A stretch of DNA of 38,640 nucleotides from a virus (lineage: Duplodnaviria > Heunggongvirae > Uroviricota > Caudoviricetes). The notes below the pieces were generated by a model. That model was not told the DNA's origin and ran no database searches. It saw only the letters and a program-made list of their open reading frames with translations. The DNA lies in IMG/VR virus record IMGVR_UViG_2724679239_000008. One strand, 5' to 3'. This document shows, piece by piece, positions 26,477 to 36,697 of this stretch (positions are counted from its first letter, which is position 1; each line of letters begins with the position of its first letter). Made by a program: the position numbers and the translations under genes.

Positions 26477-27238
26477 TCACTTTTCCAACACAACGCGACT
26501 GGTGGAATCGACAATCTGTCGGACAATATCCCGGTGTTTATTCAGTTCCCGCAGTGCTGCGCAGACGCGCTCCCACTTCTGGACATGATTTTTCGCCCGG
26601 CGCAGTTCGCGGTTTGCCAGATGCAGCGATGGTAAAATCAGGTCATCCACCCGCGTTTCGGTGAACGATGGCAGCGACTGCACAATGTCCGCCACAGTTC
26701 CTGTTTTAATTTCTTCCTGTATTGCAGCTTCCTGTGCTGGTAACGCAACACCTGCTGGCTGAGGAAAGGCTTTACCATCAGTTTCCGTTACCAATGCAGC
26801 TTTCGGCTCTGCTGGTAAATTATCGTCCGGCATGCAGTAACGAAATTTACCGTTCTGATTTACGCGAATCAGGCGACCTTTGCTGATTGCCTGAGCCAAC
26901 GTTGAAGCCACTTTGCGTGATGTGATACCGAACAGCGTAGCCAGCTCATCAGCCGTTTGTGGTCCGCGTTGTTCAATCGTCGCGGTTAAATCGCACTCTG
27001 AGATTTTCGCTACTGTTGCCGTGGTAGTTTCTTCATAAAATTCAGCCCGGGATGCTTGTTCCTGCTGAGCATTGCTACCAGCCACACGCCAGGTGTACGC
27101 GGTTTTATCAACGAAACCAGATTTTTTCAGTTCCCACAGCTCATTCAGTACCTCTTCACGACTGATATCAAGTCGCGCAGCAAGTTCTATGGACGTGGCC
27201 TTTCCCATCGCTTTCAGTGCGTCAAAAACAGTCTCCAT
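26477..27238 (-). CDS. hypothetical early-region protein (ydaW/DUF1627-like)
   Basis: start at ATG 27238 (METVFDALK) with GGGAGG upstream; downstream of DnaC-like gene as in Rac. Confidence 0.45.
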   Translation of the reverse strand: METVFDALKAMGKATSIELAARLDISREEVLNELWELKKSGFVDKTAYTWRVAGSNAQQEQASRAEFYEETTTATVAKISECDLTATIEQRGPQTADELATLFGITSRKVASTLAQAISKGRLIRVNQNGKFRYCMPDDNLPAEPKAALVTETDGKAFPQPAGVALPAQEAAIQEEIKTGTVADIVQSLPSFTETRVDDLILPSLHLANRELRRAKNHVQKWERVCAALRELNKHRDIVRQIVDSTSRVVLEK

Positions 27239-27260
27239 TAAAATTTCCTCCCGGTAAAAA

Positions 27261-28007
27261 TCACTTCGTGATTCCTGGCTGGACGACATTCGGGCGCCAG
27301 CTTTCCCAGTTAAAATTCACCCAGCGCCCGCCGTTCATGGTCATGCGATCCATAATCCTCTCGCCGAGCAACGTTTTCATGGCCTCATAGTTCAGGTTTG
27401 TCAGCATCCCCATACTGCGCATCGATGCTGTCCGGCGATCAACAATCTGATGCAGCACCACCTGCTCGTTTTTCGTCTCACGCTGAATGCCAATTTCATC
27501 AAGAACCAGCAGATCCACTTCGCACAGTTCCCGCAAAAATTTTTCGCCTGACTGCCCGTCGTCATAGCTGGCGTGCAGGGCACTCATAACATCAGCCACA
27601 GTAACCACTATCACTGTCTGGCCGTCTTTCAGCAGGCGATTCCCGATAGCCGCCGCCAGATGGTTTTTTCCGGTTCCAGGTTTTCCGCTGAACGCGAAAT
27701 TTGTGCATCCGCTCATCAGTTCATCAGCGATGGATTTCGCCTGACTTAACGCGTATCGCTGGCCGTCGTTCTGTACATGGTAATTCGCAAACGAGCATTT
27801 ACGGTGCAACGGCTGGATGCCAGAGCGATTCAGGATTTTTTCCACCCGCAACTGACGATTCAGGCGGTTGATCTCCTCGCAACGTTTCTGGCCTTCTGCA
27901 AGTTGCCACTCGCGCCACTCCGCCACCGTTCTGAATGGGGCGGTTACATGTGGTGGGGTCATTCTGCGGATACGTTCAAGAACGCCGCCTGCCGCAATAT
28001 TTTTCAT
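27261..28007 (-). CDS. ydaV: DnaC-like helicase loader / replication ATPase
   Basis: Walker [16 protein letters not shown] and Walker B LLVLDEIG; 248 aa; follows replication initiator. Confidence 0.75.
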   Translation of the reverse strand: MKNIAAGGVLERIRRMTPPHVTAPFRTVAEWREWQLAEGQKRCEEINRLNRQLRVEKILNRSGIQPLHRKCSFANYHVQNDGQRYALSQAKSIADELMSGCTNFAFSGKPGTGKNHLAAAIGNRLLKDGQTVIVVTVADVMSALHASYDDGQSGEKFLRELCEVDLLVLDEIGIQRETKNEQVVLHQIVDRRTASMRSMGMLTNLNYEAMKTLLGERIMDRMTMNGGRWVNFNWESWRPNVVQPGITK

Positions 28008-28013
28008 GGTTCG

Positions 28014-28790
28014 TTACCCCCTGAAGCCTGGCGGGATCGCACTGTCCGGCAACGAGACGGTGTTAACCTGCCGAGGCAACGTCTCCGGTCGAACGCCTTT
28101 CGGCGCGAACAAGCCCTGGTATTCGTTGGCGATGCTGTGTCGAATCACCTGCTCAGGGGTAAAACCCTGCTGGCGGAATTTTTCCAGTTCCCGTATCGCC
28201 CCGTTAGCGCCCTGCTCCGTTCGAATCGGTTTTCGCAATGCCTGCCTGAACCGAACCCACTCATGCCAGAGTGTTTCCGGCAACCAATCGGGCAACTCAA
28301 TAGCCTCCGGCTCGAATTTTTTAGATGCTCGTTTTTGGCGAGGGGGATTTAGGGGGAGATCAGTATTTATATCTTCCTCTGGTAACGCTTTTTGATCCGT
28401 TTGTGTAACGCTAGCAGCGTTACCTTTTCGTTTCAGTTCGCGTATTTTTGTAACTCTCTCGTTTGTAACCGCCCGTTTTTTAGAGCTTTTTCCGTTATGA
28501 CGTTCAAAGTTAGGTAGAGAAAGCCCACCGTCATTTTCGACCAGCCATCCAACCTGAATTAACGCATCAGCAAAACCAGCCATAAAAGTGATGCGATCTA
28601 TTGCACTTTTTGTAACGCCACGAGCGTTACAATCTGCGTTACCGTCTATCATTTGTTGATCCGCCCATGCCCAGAAGCGAATAACCTTCCCTAATGCGGC
28701 ATCTGGATCAATATTCAGAATCTCAGCAAGCCTGAATATTTCCGGCTTATCCGGCGTAATAACCTCGAGCTTTATCCAGTTTGAAGCCAT
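28014..28790 (-). CDS. ydaU: replication initiation protein (replisome organizer N-terminal domain type)
   Basis: 258-aa ORF with conserved N-terminal domain, basic middle; iteron-like palindromes inside and just upstream. Confidence 0.6.
   Translation of the reverse strand: MASNWIKLEVITPDKPEIFRLAEILNIDPDAALGKVIRFWAWADQQMIDGNADCNARGVTKSAIDRITFMAGFADALIQVGWLVENDGGLSLPNFERHNGKSSKKRAVTNERVTKIRELKRKGNAASVTQTDQKALPEEDINTDLPLNPPRQKRASKKFEPEAIELPDWLPETLWHEWVRFRQALRKPIRTEQGANGAIRELEKFRQQGFTPEQVIRHSIANEYQGLFAPKGVRPETLPRQVNTVSLPDSAIPPGFRG
28405..28423. repeat. 19-bp palindrome GTAACGCT-AGC-AGCGTTAC (iteron-like)
   Basis: read directly; inside replication gene. Confidence 0.8.
28612..28630. repeat. 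19-bp near-palindrome GTAACGCC-ACG-AGCGTTAC (iteron-like)
   Basis: read directly; additional GCGTTAC half-site at about 28637. Confidence 0.75.
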
Positions 28791-28803
28791 TTGTTTTCAC
28801 CTT

Positions 28804-28822
28804 GTAACGCTCGCAGCGTTAC
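28804..28822. repeat. 19-bp palindrome GTAACGCT-CGC-AGCGTTAC (iteron-like)
   Basis: read directly; 14 nt upstream of replication gene start. Confidence 0.8.
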
Positions 28823-28867
28823 ATTTAACTGATACCGAACAAAACAGTCCGGCACGATTAATTTCAA

Positions 28868-29290
28868 TCAATGCACTACGACAGAGTCGCCGGGCGACCC
28901 ACCACCGCTGAAATGTGCTTTCCGGTAAACGGCCTGGACTGCATCATCATGCGCATCAATTGCCGTACTCAACGCTTCCTGCGCCGCCAGTAATGCACGG
29001 CGTTCCAGGGTATCGAAGATGCAGAGTCGGTGACGCAGCTCGCGCGGAAGAATTGCCAGAATCGCAGGGAGCAGTTTCTGAATTTTTTCCCTTTGCGCTT
29101 TTGTTTCACCTTTCAACCAGCGGTGATAGATGTTCTGCTGATTATTCCAGTCCTTGCCTGGTACCAGGGACAATTCGCCGCCCCCCTGGCGCAGATATTC
29201 TTCAGTAATTGCGTTAGCGACCCACGCCTGCCCTTTTTCGGCTGCCAGGGCTAACAGCACTGATTCGATGTGCTCATGCCTGATTTTCAT
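28868..29290 (-). CDS. ydaT: YdaT-like protein (Rac-type cII-position gene)
   Basis: 140-aa ORF, size and sequence pattern I associate with Rac YdaT; follows cro-like gene. Confidence 0.55.
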   Translation of the reverse strand: MKIRHEHIESVLLALAAEKGQAWVANAITEEYLRQGGGELSLVPGKDWNNQQNIYHRWLKGETKAQREKIQKLLPAILAILPRELRHRLCIFDTLERRALLAAQEALSTAIDAHDDAVQAVYRKAHFSGGGSPGDSVVVH

Positions 29291-29555
29291 GAATCAACTC
29301 CGGTGTATTTTGTGTGTTAGCCTTACATCCTACAGGTAAACCGTCGGTTGGATTCGGGTAGATATCAGGCCGGAGTTCATGAGGTGTAACCTCGAAATTC
29401 GTTACTTCAGCAACACGTAATGCTTTTTCAGGGCTGAATCTTTCATAGCCCCCCAGCACTCGACTTACATGCACCTGAGATAAACCCGTTAGCTTCCCAA
29501 ACTGTAACTGGGTGATATGTTTCTCTTTTAAATAGTCTCTTAAGTTCATAGCCAA
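29274..29555 (-). CDS. ydaS: Cro-like HTH regulator (YdaS-like)
   Basis: HTH QLQFGKLTGLSQVHVSRVLGG; divergent from repressor gene; TAATAT -10 and GAAGGT RBS upstream. Confidence 0.65.
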   Translation of the reverse strand: MAMNLRDYLKEKHITQLQFGKLTGLSQVHVSRVLGGYERFSPEKALRVAEVTNFEVTPHELRPDIYPNPTDGLPVGCKANTQNTPELIHENQA

Positions 29556-29657
29556 CCTTCTACGTTATGCCTCGAGCAAAATATTAGCCCCACTAATTTT
29601 AAAGATCAACAGCCAGACTATCTTTGATAATATTGGTAAAACAAATAAACTCTATGT
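29556..29657. promoter_or_regulatory. immunity-region divergent promoter/operator region
   Basis: 102-bp AT-rich intergenic region between back-to-back repressor and cro-like genes; candidate -35/-10 hexamers on both strands. Confidence 0.45.
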
Positions 29658-30119
29658 ATGAAAAAAACACGCGAAGTGATTGCAACTCCAGAAGCGAGCA
29701 AGAATTTAAAAGCCGCATGGAATGCAAGAAAAAAAGAGCTGAAGCTGACTCAAGAGCTGGCGGCTGAGTTGTTGGGATTCGAATCTCAAGGCACCGTTAG
29801 CCAGTATCTGAACGGCAAGATACCGGTAAATACCGACGCTGCGCTAAAATTTGCGGCTCTGTTAAAGGTAAAACCAGAGGACATTCGAGAAGACCTTAAA
29901 GACTTAATGAATTATGTAAGATCATCAGATACTTATGATGATAGTTTTTCAGGCAAAGGATGGAGACTGGTCAATGAAGAACAGGCAGAGTTACTTAACC
30001 TCTTCGAGATTCTACCTGCGTCAGAAAAAGCCAAACTCCTTAACCAGCTACGTGGACTAAACAAGCTCTACGAGGAAGCCTTCGAGAACATGCTGGCACT
30101 AAAGAAACGTAACCAGTAG
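29658..30119 (+). CDS. racR: prophage repressor, RacR-like (HTH XRE family)
   Basis: 153-aa ORF with HTH LTQELAAELLGFESQGTVSQYLNGK; divergent from cro-like gene. Confidence 0.65.
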   Translation: MKKTREVIATPEASKNLKAAWNARKKELKLTQELAAELLGFESQGTVSQYLNGKIPVNTDAALKFAALLKVKPEDIREDLKDLMNYVRSSDTYDDSFSGKGWRLVNEEQAELLNLFEILPASEKAKLLNQLRGLNKLYEEAFENMLALKKRNQ

Positions 30120-30145
30120 CCACCACTCACTACCCCATCCACAAC

Positions 30146-30175
30146 AAAAAAACCGACGTCTTAGTCGGTTTTTTT
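30146..30175. terminator. bidirectional rho-independent terminator
   Basis: A7 - CCGAC - GTCTTA - GTCGG - T7, symmetric. Confidence 0.6.
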
Positions 30176-30272
30176 GTGCCATAACTTCTGCAAATCAGCT
30201 GTATAACTAATATTTTTCCATTGAAAAAACATTTACATAGTTACTAAATCAAAAATATCATACGCCATGCTG

Positions 30273-30301
30273 TTGACTTAAAATATCCGCGTTACTAATA
30301 T
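30273..30301 (+). promoter_or_regulatory. sigma70-like promoter for the small plus-strand genes
   Basis: TTGACT (30273-30278), 17-nt spacer, TAATAT (30296-30301). Confidence 0.5.
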
Positions 30302-30368
30302 TTATATCAAGAACAGCACGGCGCTGTAGGTTTTAGTTCCGCCACCCGGCGTTAAAGGGAGAGATAAA

Positions 30369-30503
30369 ATGGTGCATTACGAAGTAGTTCAGTATTTGAT
30401 GGATTGTTACGGTATCACTTATAGCCAGGCTGTACAGGCTCTACGCAGCAACGACTGGGATCTCTGGCAGGCAGAAGCCGCTATACGCAGCAACAAGATG
30501 TGA
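30369..30503 (+). CDS. small protein (44 aa), YdaG-like by size and position
   Basis: hand translation MVHYEVVQYLMDCYGITYSQAVQALRSNDWDLWQAEAAIRSNKM; GGGAG RBS. Confidence 0.45.
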   Translation: MVHYEVVQYLMDCYGITYSQAVQALRSNDWDLWQAEAAIRSNKM

Positions 30504-30513
30504 GATTCGCAAA

Positions 30514-30669
30514 ATGCAAAAAATCGACCTCGGCAACAACGAATCCCTGGTGTGCGGCATGTTACCCAACCAGGACGGTACGTTCACCGCGATGACGTAT
30601 ACCAAAAGCAAAACATTTAAAACCGAAACTGGTGCGCGCCGATGGTTGGAGAAGCACACAGTAAGCTAA
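30514..30669 (+). CDS. small protein (51 aa), YdaF-like by size and position
   Basis: hand translation MQKIDLGNNESLVCGMLPNQDGTFTAMTYTKSKTFKTETGARRWLEKHTVS. Confidence 0.45.
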   Translation: MQKIDLGNNESLVCGMLPNQDGTFTAMTYTKSKTFKTETGARRWLEKHTVS

Positions 30670-31121
30670 CGATTAAAACGTCTACTCCTGCTGTTCCAGA
30701 ATAACTTCATAAAATGGGAGTATTTTTCGGTGACGAGATAATAAGAACAGTTTGCGCTATCACTCTGATGTTGAATGATGCCCTTCCGTTCTAATTTTTT
30801 CATAACCGGGTTACGGCAAGGAGAAGTGATAATAAGATTTCCTGTTTTAAGGAAATCTTTAAATACAGCGATTTCTTTCTCAGATAAACGAAGCAATACT
30901 CGTTGCTCTGGTAGTAATGAATAATGCTTTTGAATATGTGCTCGCAATCTTGAGAAGGAAATGGCGACCACAAAAGAAAAGGCAAAAACGATAATCTGAA
31001 ACAGCCAGGGTATTTCAGTATAAGTATTGAATGCGACAACAAACTCTTTCGGCATCAACCAGAGAGTGAGGCCAAAAATAATAATCGTGTACATAAGTCT
31101 TTCGATGTGGCTCATTAGCAA
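30666..31121 (-). CDS. sieB: superinfection exclusion protein B-like membrane protein
   Basis: 151-aa ORF with two N-terminal TM segments; position matches sieB in Rac-like early regions. Confidence 0.5.
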   Translation of the reverse strand: MLMSHIERLMYTIIIFGLTLWLMPKEFVVAFNTYTEIPWLFQIIVFAFSFVVAISFSRLRAHIQKHYSLLPEQRVLLRLSEKEIAVFKDFLKTGNLIITSPCRNPVMKKLERKGIIQHQSDSANCSYYLVTEKYSHFMKLFWNSRSRRFNR

Positions 31122-31594
31122 AAAGTTTCAACAATGGAGTAAATACATCCAACATATCAATAACTCTCGACTGTAAGGGTATTGAAATGTTAACACAAGC
31201 TCTTGCTGTAGGGGTATAGCAGAGACCACCGAAGCCCGGAGGTGGTGAAATAAAACCGGGCACAACACGAAGGCGCATTTCCGGTATCCATAAAGAGTCG
31301 GTCTTGTCTGTTAAATTTAAATGGTGGGAGTGCGCCTCCGGTTGTAAATAACGACATTGCTGTGTGTAGTCCTGGCGGCATCAGTTTTTTCTTGAAGTTT
31401 GGCTGATGTCCGCCCTTTTTAAAGTGAATTTTGTGATGCGGTGAATGCGGCTAAGCGCACGCGGAACAGTTAAAGCTAAAAACAGTGTTATGGGTGGATT
31501 CTCTGTATCCGGCGTTAATTGTTAACTGGTTAACGTCACCTGGAGGCACCAGGCACCGCATCGACAAAATTCATTTGTAAAAATGGAGATAATT

Positions 31595-31816
31595 ATGATT
31601 ACTCATCACTTCGGAACTGATGAAATACCACGTCAGTGTGTAACTCCTGGCGATTATGTTCTTCATGAAGGCCGGACATATATCGCCTCGGCAAACAATA
31701 TAAAAAAGCGAAAACTTTATATTCGTAGCCTGACCACAAAAACATGCATTTCTGACTGCATGGTTAAAGTCTTCCTCGGTAGTGATGGTTTACCTGTAAA
31801 AGCGGAGTCATGGTGA
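31595..31816 (+). CDS. kilR: KilR-like small protein (FtsZ-inhibitor family by recollection)
   Basis: 73-aa ORF from ATG 31595 with GGAGAT upstream ([40 protein letters not shown]...). Confidence 0.5.
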   Translation: MITHHFGTDEIPRQCVTPGDYVLHEGRTYIASANNIKKRKLYIRSLTTKTCISDCMVKVFLGSDGLPVKAESW

Positions 31817-31986
31817 TGGATAAGAAAATAAAATGTGCTTACCACCTTTGCAAAAAAGACGTTGAAGAAAGCAAAACTATTGAAAGAATGCTTCATTTCA
31901 TGCACGGAACTTTATCAAAAGACGAACCGAGAAAATATTGCAGTGAAACTTGTGCCGAAAAAGACCAGATGGCACACGAACTTTAA
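31816..31986 (+). CDS. small zinc-binding protein (YdaE-like, 56 aa)
   Basis: hand translation [56 protein letters not shown]; start overlaps kilR stop (GTGATGG). Confidence 0.5.
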   Translation: MDKKIKCAYHLCKKDVEESKTIERMLHFMHGTLSKDEPRKYCSETCAEKDQMAHEL

Positions 31987-32060
31987 TTAACTGACTATTC
32001 GAAACTGAATTTATGCCAGCAATGGCAGGGATTCGCTCAACCTTAATTAAGGAGAAAAAC

Positions 32061-32336
32061 ATGATTACCAATTATGAAGCCACTGTTGTAACTACTGATG
32101 ACATTGTTCACGAGGTCAATCTGGACGGAAAGCGTATTGGCTACGTGATTAAAACAGAAAATAAAGAAACCCCATTCACTGTGGTTGATATCGACGGTCC
32201 ATCAGGCAACGTTAAAACACTTCACGAAGGCGTCAAAAAAATGTGCCTGGTGCACATTGGAAATAATCTGCCAGCAGAAAAAAAAGCTGAGTTTCTGGCA
32301 ACTCTGATTGCAATGAAATTAAAAGGTGAAATTTGA
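32061..32336 (+). CDS. racC: RacC-like protein (91 aa)
   Basis: start at ATG 32061 (MITNYEATVV) with AAGGAG upstream; immediately upstream of recE. Confidence 0.45.
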   Translation: MITNYEATVVTTDDIVHEVNLDGKRIGYVIKTENKETPFTVVDIDGPSGNVKTLHEGVKKMCLVHIGNNLPAEKKAEFLATLIAMKLKGEI

Positions 32337-32437
32337 AAAAAAAGAAAGCCTGCACAGTGTACAGGCCTGAGTGAAAAACCTGGGACATTTATTCATCACT
32401 CGCACTAAATTTTAATCTGAGTTGAGGTTAAAAAACA

Positions 32438-35400
32438 ATGAGCACTGACAAACAAAATTTTGCGTTACATTGCGACGCGAAAAATGAGGGCGCAAGAAAA
32501 CGCCTCGGCATCAAAGGCGGCTTCTTCTGGACAGAGGCAAAAAAACTTTCTGTTGCGGTTTCACGCTGCATTGCTGCAATGGACGATGCAGGCTACGACG
32601 AAGATGATTTTAAAAAACCTGTTCGCGTAAATTTGCCCGTTGTTGATGACCTTCCGCCAGAAGGCGTATTTGATACGGAATTCTGCAACCGTTACGAAAA
32701 AGGCGGTGAAGATGGCATTACAATGGTATTTATCGCGCCATCACACTCTGTTCAGGACAAACCAGCCAGCACTGACAACACCAACGTCAACGGCGAAGAT
32801 ATGACTGAGATTGAGGAGAATATGCTACTCCCGATTTCAGGTCAGATTCTGCCTGTTCGCTGGCTGGCACAGCACAGCAGCGAAAAACCGGTAACGCACG
32901 TTTCACGGGAAGAACTGCGCGCATTACATAACGCACAGGATGAAAAACTTCCCGCAGTTACAGCGCTGGCCATCTCAAATAAAGCAGCGCAACTCGAACC
33001 GCTGGAGATTCGCGATCTCCACAAACTGGTTCGTGACACTGACAAAGTTTTCCCTAATCCTGGTAATTCAGATCTGGGACTGATGACTGCTTTTTTCGAA
33101 GCATACCTGGGCACCGACTACACCGATCGAGGTCTGCTGACAAAAGAGTGGATGAAAGGGAATCGTGTTTCACGCATCACCCGCACGCCCTCCGGTGCTA
33201 ATGCTGGCGGCGGGAACAAAACTGATCGCGGTGAAGATTTCGTCCACGATCAGGCTTCGCTGGCACGCGATGTTGCGACTGGCATTCTGGCCCGTTCAAT
33301 GGATGTTGATATTTATAACCTTCATCCGGCACACGCTAAACGTATTGATGAAATCATCGCAGAGAATAAGCCGCCCTTTTCTGTTTTCCGTGACATATTC
33401 ACTGCTATGCCTGGGGGATTGGATTATTCCCGCGCCATCGTGGTTGCATCCGTGAAAGAAGCACCTATCGGTATTGAGGTTATTCACGCGCACGTCACTG
33501 AATATCTGAACAAGGTGCTGATTGAAACCAATCACGCCAATCCTGATCAGGAAATCGTGGATATTGCTTGCGGCCGTTCCTCAGCCCCAATGCCACAGCG
33601 TGATACAGAAGAAGGAAAACAAGGTGAAGAAAAACCACAACCATCTGGCGCAATGGCAAATGAACAGGCAACGCCTGAAACAGTGGAACCGGATACAACT
33701 GAACATCATCAGAACACGCAGTCGATGGATGCTCAGCCACAGGTAAATTCTGTTGATGCGAAATATCAGGAACTGAGGGCAGAACTCCATGAAGCCCGGA
33801 AAAACATTCCGCCCCAAAATCCTGTCGATGCAGACAAATTACTGGCTGCCTATCGCGGAGAATTTGTTGAAGGGATTAGCGACCCGAATGATCCGAAATG
33901 GGTTAAGGGGATCCAGACTCGCGATTCTGTGTACCAGCATCAGCCAGAAACGGAACAGAACGACCAGAAAGCTGAACAGAACAGCCCAAATACGCAACAA
34001 AACGAGCCAGAAACGAAACAGTCTGAGCCAGTAGTGCAACAACAGGAAACGGAGAAAGTTTGCACCGCCTGCGGTCAGGCTGGAGGAAATAGCTGCCCTG
34101 ACTGTGGTGCAGTGATGGGAGACGCAACGTATCAGGAAACCTTTAATGAAGAAAATATGGATGAATCTCAGGAAAAAGATTCGGAGAAAATGGAAGACGA
34201 TAAACATCCGCACAAGGAAAACACTGGCAACCATCCGCATCACAATTGCAGTGATGAAACTGGTGAAGCGTCAGCTCCTGTAGCAACTGAAATCATGTGG
34301 CCGTCATATTTCGAGCCTGGTCGCTATGAAAACCTCCCGAACGAGGTTTATCACGCCGCCAACGGAATAAGCAGCACGATGATGAAGAATGCCCGTATCA
34401 GTTTGATGTATTACCACGGGCGGCACATTGCCGGAACTATTCCGTGTGAAGAAAGTGATGCATTGCTACGTGGGCGGATCATTCACAGCTATGTTCTGGA
34501 AACGGATAAATTCTCTGATGAATATGCCATTCCGGTACCGGTTCCTGAAGATGTGGTTGCCACTTCTCAAGAACTGATCGCCATTATTAAAAAACACAAT
34601 GCCAGTTTGCCAGCACTGATGACGCCAGAGCAGATAAAAGAGTGGATCGAAAACTACAACAGCACTCTTATTCAGCCACTGTCGGTAAGTGCTGGAGCCG
34701 AAGAAACAGGCATTCTTTACGGCTCGCTCCCGGAGGAATTCCGGCGTATTCCAGAAGGAGAAAAACACACTGCATCAGCAATGAAAGCCTGTATTAAAGA
34801 ATACAACGCAAGCCTCCCCTCTCTACTGAAAACCAGTGGAACACGGGAGCAACTTCTGGAGCAAATTGAAACTGTAGATCCAGAACTGGCAAAAAAAGAA
34901 CGGGCTAAATCTTTGCCTTACAACATCAGTGGTACAAAAGAGCAATTAACCGAAATCGCCCGGAAAATTCGCCCGGAACTGGTAACACTGGAGGACTGGC
35001 AAAAACGCCAGCAAGAAGAAAATGCAGGAAAAACGTTTATCAGTCCAGATATGTATGAACAGGCAAAAAATATTCACGCGGCACTGCAAAACAATACTGA
35101 CGCGGCAAGACTACTCAACCACCCGGATCGCAAATCTGAAATCAGCTATTTCGGGTTTGATGAAGAAACCGGGCTGGAAATCAGGGTCCGCCCTGATATC
35201 GAAATCCGACTGCCATACGAAAGCATCTGCGCCGACGTGAAATCAGTAAGCTTCGGTTATGTGCGGCAAGAACGACTAAAAGATCGCTTACACCGTGAAA
35301 TTATTGAACGTGATTATCACCTGAGCGCCGCAATGTACTGCGATGTGGCAAACCTGGATAAATTTTTCTGGGTCTTCGTCAATAAGGATGCTGGCTATCA

Positions 35401-35584
35401 CTGGGTGGCAGTTGTGGAAGCTTCGCAGGAACTCCTTGAACTTGGTCGCCAGGAGTATCGCCGGACGCTACGCCAGATAAACGAAGCTCTGGAGACAAAC
35501 AACTGGCCAGCACCAATTACCGAAAGTTATACCGACGAATTAAACGACTTTGATCTTCGTCGTCTTGAAGCACTGAGCATCTGA
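32438..35584 (+). CDS. recE: exonuclease VIII (RecE), full length
   Basis: 1048-aa ORF; segments recognised as RecE ([76 protein letters not shown]); acidic Q/E-rich linker; C-terminal nuclease region. Confidence 0.8.
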   Translation: MSTDKQNFALHCDAKNEGARKRLGIKGGFFWTEAKKLSVAVSRCIAAMDDAGYDEDDFKKPVRVNLPVVDDLPPEGVFDTEFCNRYEKGGEDGITMVFIAPSHSVQDKPASTDNTNVNGEDMTEIEENMLLPISGQILPVRWLAQHSSEKPVTHVSREELRALHNAQDEKLPAVTALAISNKAAQLEPLEIRDLHKLVRDTDKVFPNPGNSDLGLMTAFFEAYLGTDYTDRGLLTKEWMKGNRVSRITRTPSGANAGGGNKTDRGEDFVHDQASLARDVATGILARSMDVDIYNLHPAHAKRIDEIIAENKPPFSVFRDIFTAMPGGLDYSRAIVVASVKEAPIGIEVIHAHVTEYLNKVLIETNHANPDQEIVDIACGRSSAPMPQRDTEEGKQGEEKPQPSGAMANEQATPETVEPDTTEHHQNTQSMDAQPQVNSVDAKYQELRAELHEARKNIPPQNPVDADKLLAAYRGEFVEGISDPNDPKWVKGIQTRDSVYQHQPETEQNDQKAEQNSPNTQQNEPETKQSEPVVQQQETEKVCTACGQAGGNSCPDCGAVMGDATYQETFNEENMDESQEKDSEKMEDDKHPHKENTGNHPHHNCSDETGEASAPVATEIMWPSYFEPGRYENLPNEVYHAANGISSTMMKNARISLMYYHGRHIAGTIPCEESDALLRGRIIHSYVLETDKFSDEYAIPVPVPEDVVATSQELIAIIKKHNASLPALMTPEQIKEWIENYNSTLIQPLSVSAGAEETGILYGSLPEEFRRIPEGEKHTASAMKACIKEYNASLPSLLKTSGTREQLLEQIETVDPELAKKERAKSLPYNISGTKEQLTEIARKIRPELVTLEDWQKRQQEENAGKTFISPDMYEQAKNIHAALQNNTDAARLLNHPDRKSEISYFGFDEETGLEIRVRPDIEIRLPYESICADVKSVSFGYVRQERLKDRLHREIIERDYHLSAAMYCDVANLDKFFWVFVNKDAGYHWVAVVEASQELLELGRQEYRRTLRQINEALETNNWPAPITESYTDELNDFDLRRLEALSI

Positions 35585-35595
35585 GGAAGGACACA

Positions 35596-36648
35596 ATGAA
35601 CGAATTAACTCAACAAGAAAATATTAACTCTAACGTTGCGGTTTTCAGCCCTCAGTCCCTGGCTGCAATTCAGACATTTTCTCAGGTAATGGCTTCCGGC
35701 ATGGCTACTGTACCGGAACACCTCCGGGGAAATCCATCAGACTGTATGGCCATCACCATGCAGGCGATGCAGTGGCAAATGAACCCTTACGCAGTAGCTC
35801 AGAAAACTTTCGTTGTGAATGGTGTGCTCGGATATGAAGCGCAACTGGTTAATGCCGTAATCAGTACCCGTGGACCGCTAACCGGGCGTATTGAATATGA
35901 CTGGTTCGGACCGTGGGAAAAAATTATCGGGAAATTTGAAATCAGGAAGAACGATAAAGGGAAAGAATATCGCGTACCTGGATGGAAGCTGGCCGATGAA
36001 AACGGGATCGGAGTTCGTGTCCAGGCAACGCTACGTGGAGAGAGCAAACCACGCGTGCTTGAGTTACTTCTGGCGCAGGCCAGAACACGTAACTCAACGT
36101 TATGGGCCGATGATCCTCGCCAGCAACTTGCCTATCTGGCACTAAAACGCTGGGCACGCCTTTATTGCCCTGAAGTGATTCTTGGAGTGTACACCCGGGA
36201 CGAACTGGACGAACCACAGGAAAAAATCATTAATCCGGTTCAGGAACATAAAAACACATCCGCCTGCCGTGCGGAACGTGAAACAACAATTATTGAGCAG
36301 GATGCCGGGGAAAACTGGATCGATGCTTTCCGTGAACGTATTGAGCAAGCACAAAGCACCGAAGAAACAACGGCACTTCGCCAGGAAGTAGAAGCTCATA
36401 AAAATACACTTGGTGCTCTCTACACAGAACTTAAAGGAAAAGTGGTTCAGCGTCATCACCGTCTTAATGCTATTGCCCGTATTGAGAAGATGATAAATGA
36501 CCTGCCTTCATCAGGTGATCCAGAAGCAGAACAAAAATTTACGGCTCTGGAAAACACGCTGAATGCTGTACGACCACATTTAGGAGAATTATATGAGGCG
36601 TATAAAACGACACTGACAGACCTGAAACCAGAATATATCGGCTCCTGA
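35596..36648 (+). CDS. putative single-strand annealing recombinase (RecT/Red-beta superfamily-like)
   Basis: 350-aa ORF immediately after recE with AGGAAGG RBS; weak family-like pattern (MNPYAVAQKTF, LWADDPRQQLAYLALKRWARLYCPEV); mainly positional. Confidence 0.45.
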   Translation: MNELTQQENINSNVAVFSPQSLAAIQTFSQVMASGMATVPEHLRGNPSDCMAITMQAMQWQMNPYAVAQKTFVVNGVLGYEAQLVNAVISTRGPLTGRIEYDWFGPWEKIIGKFEIRKNDKGKEYRVPGWKLADENGIGVRVQATLRGESKPRVLELLLAQARTRNSTLWADDPRQQLAYLALKRWARLYCPEVILGVYTRDELDEPQEKIINPVQEHKNTSACRAERETTIIEQDAGENWIDAFRERIEQAQSTEETTALRQEVEAHKNTLGALYTELKGKVVQRHHRLNAIARIEKMINDLPSSGDPEAEQKFTALENTLNAVRPHLGELYEAYKTTLTDLKPEYIGS

Positions 36649-36697
36649 TATTTACCATGGCGGTGTAGCCTCGCCGCCATCGCAAAATTATATATTT

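Noticed and set aside
30441-30659. 72-aa minus-strand ORF overlapping the two small plus-strand genes
   Set aside because: No RBS, antisense to two ORFs that have good RBSs and a promoter; hydrophobic junk-like translation.
31015-31381. Minus-strand ORFs of 87 and 63 aa in the sieB-kilR intergenic region
   Set aside because: Overlap the sieB start and promoter region, no RBS, low-complexity translation.
32842-34768. Several 74 to 134-aa ORFs on both strands inside recE
   Set aside because: All are nested within the continuous 1048-aa recE frame and show repetitive low-complexity translations typical of alternate frames.
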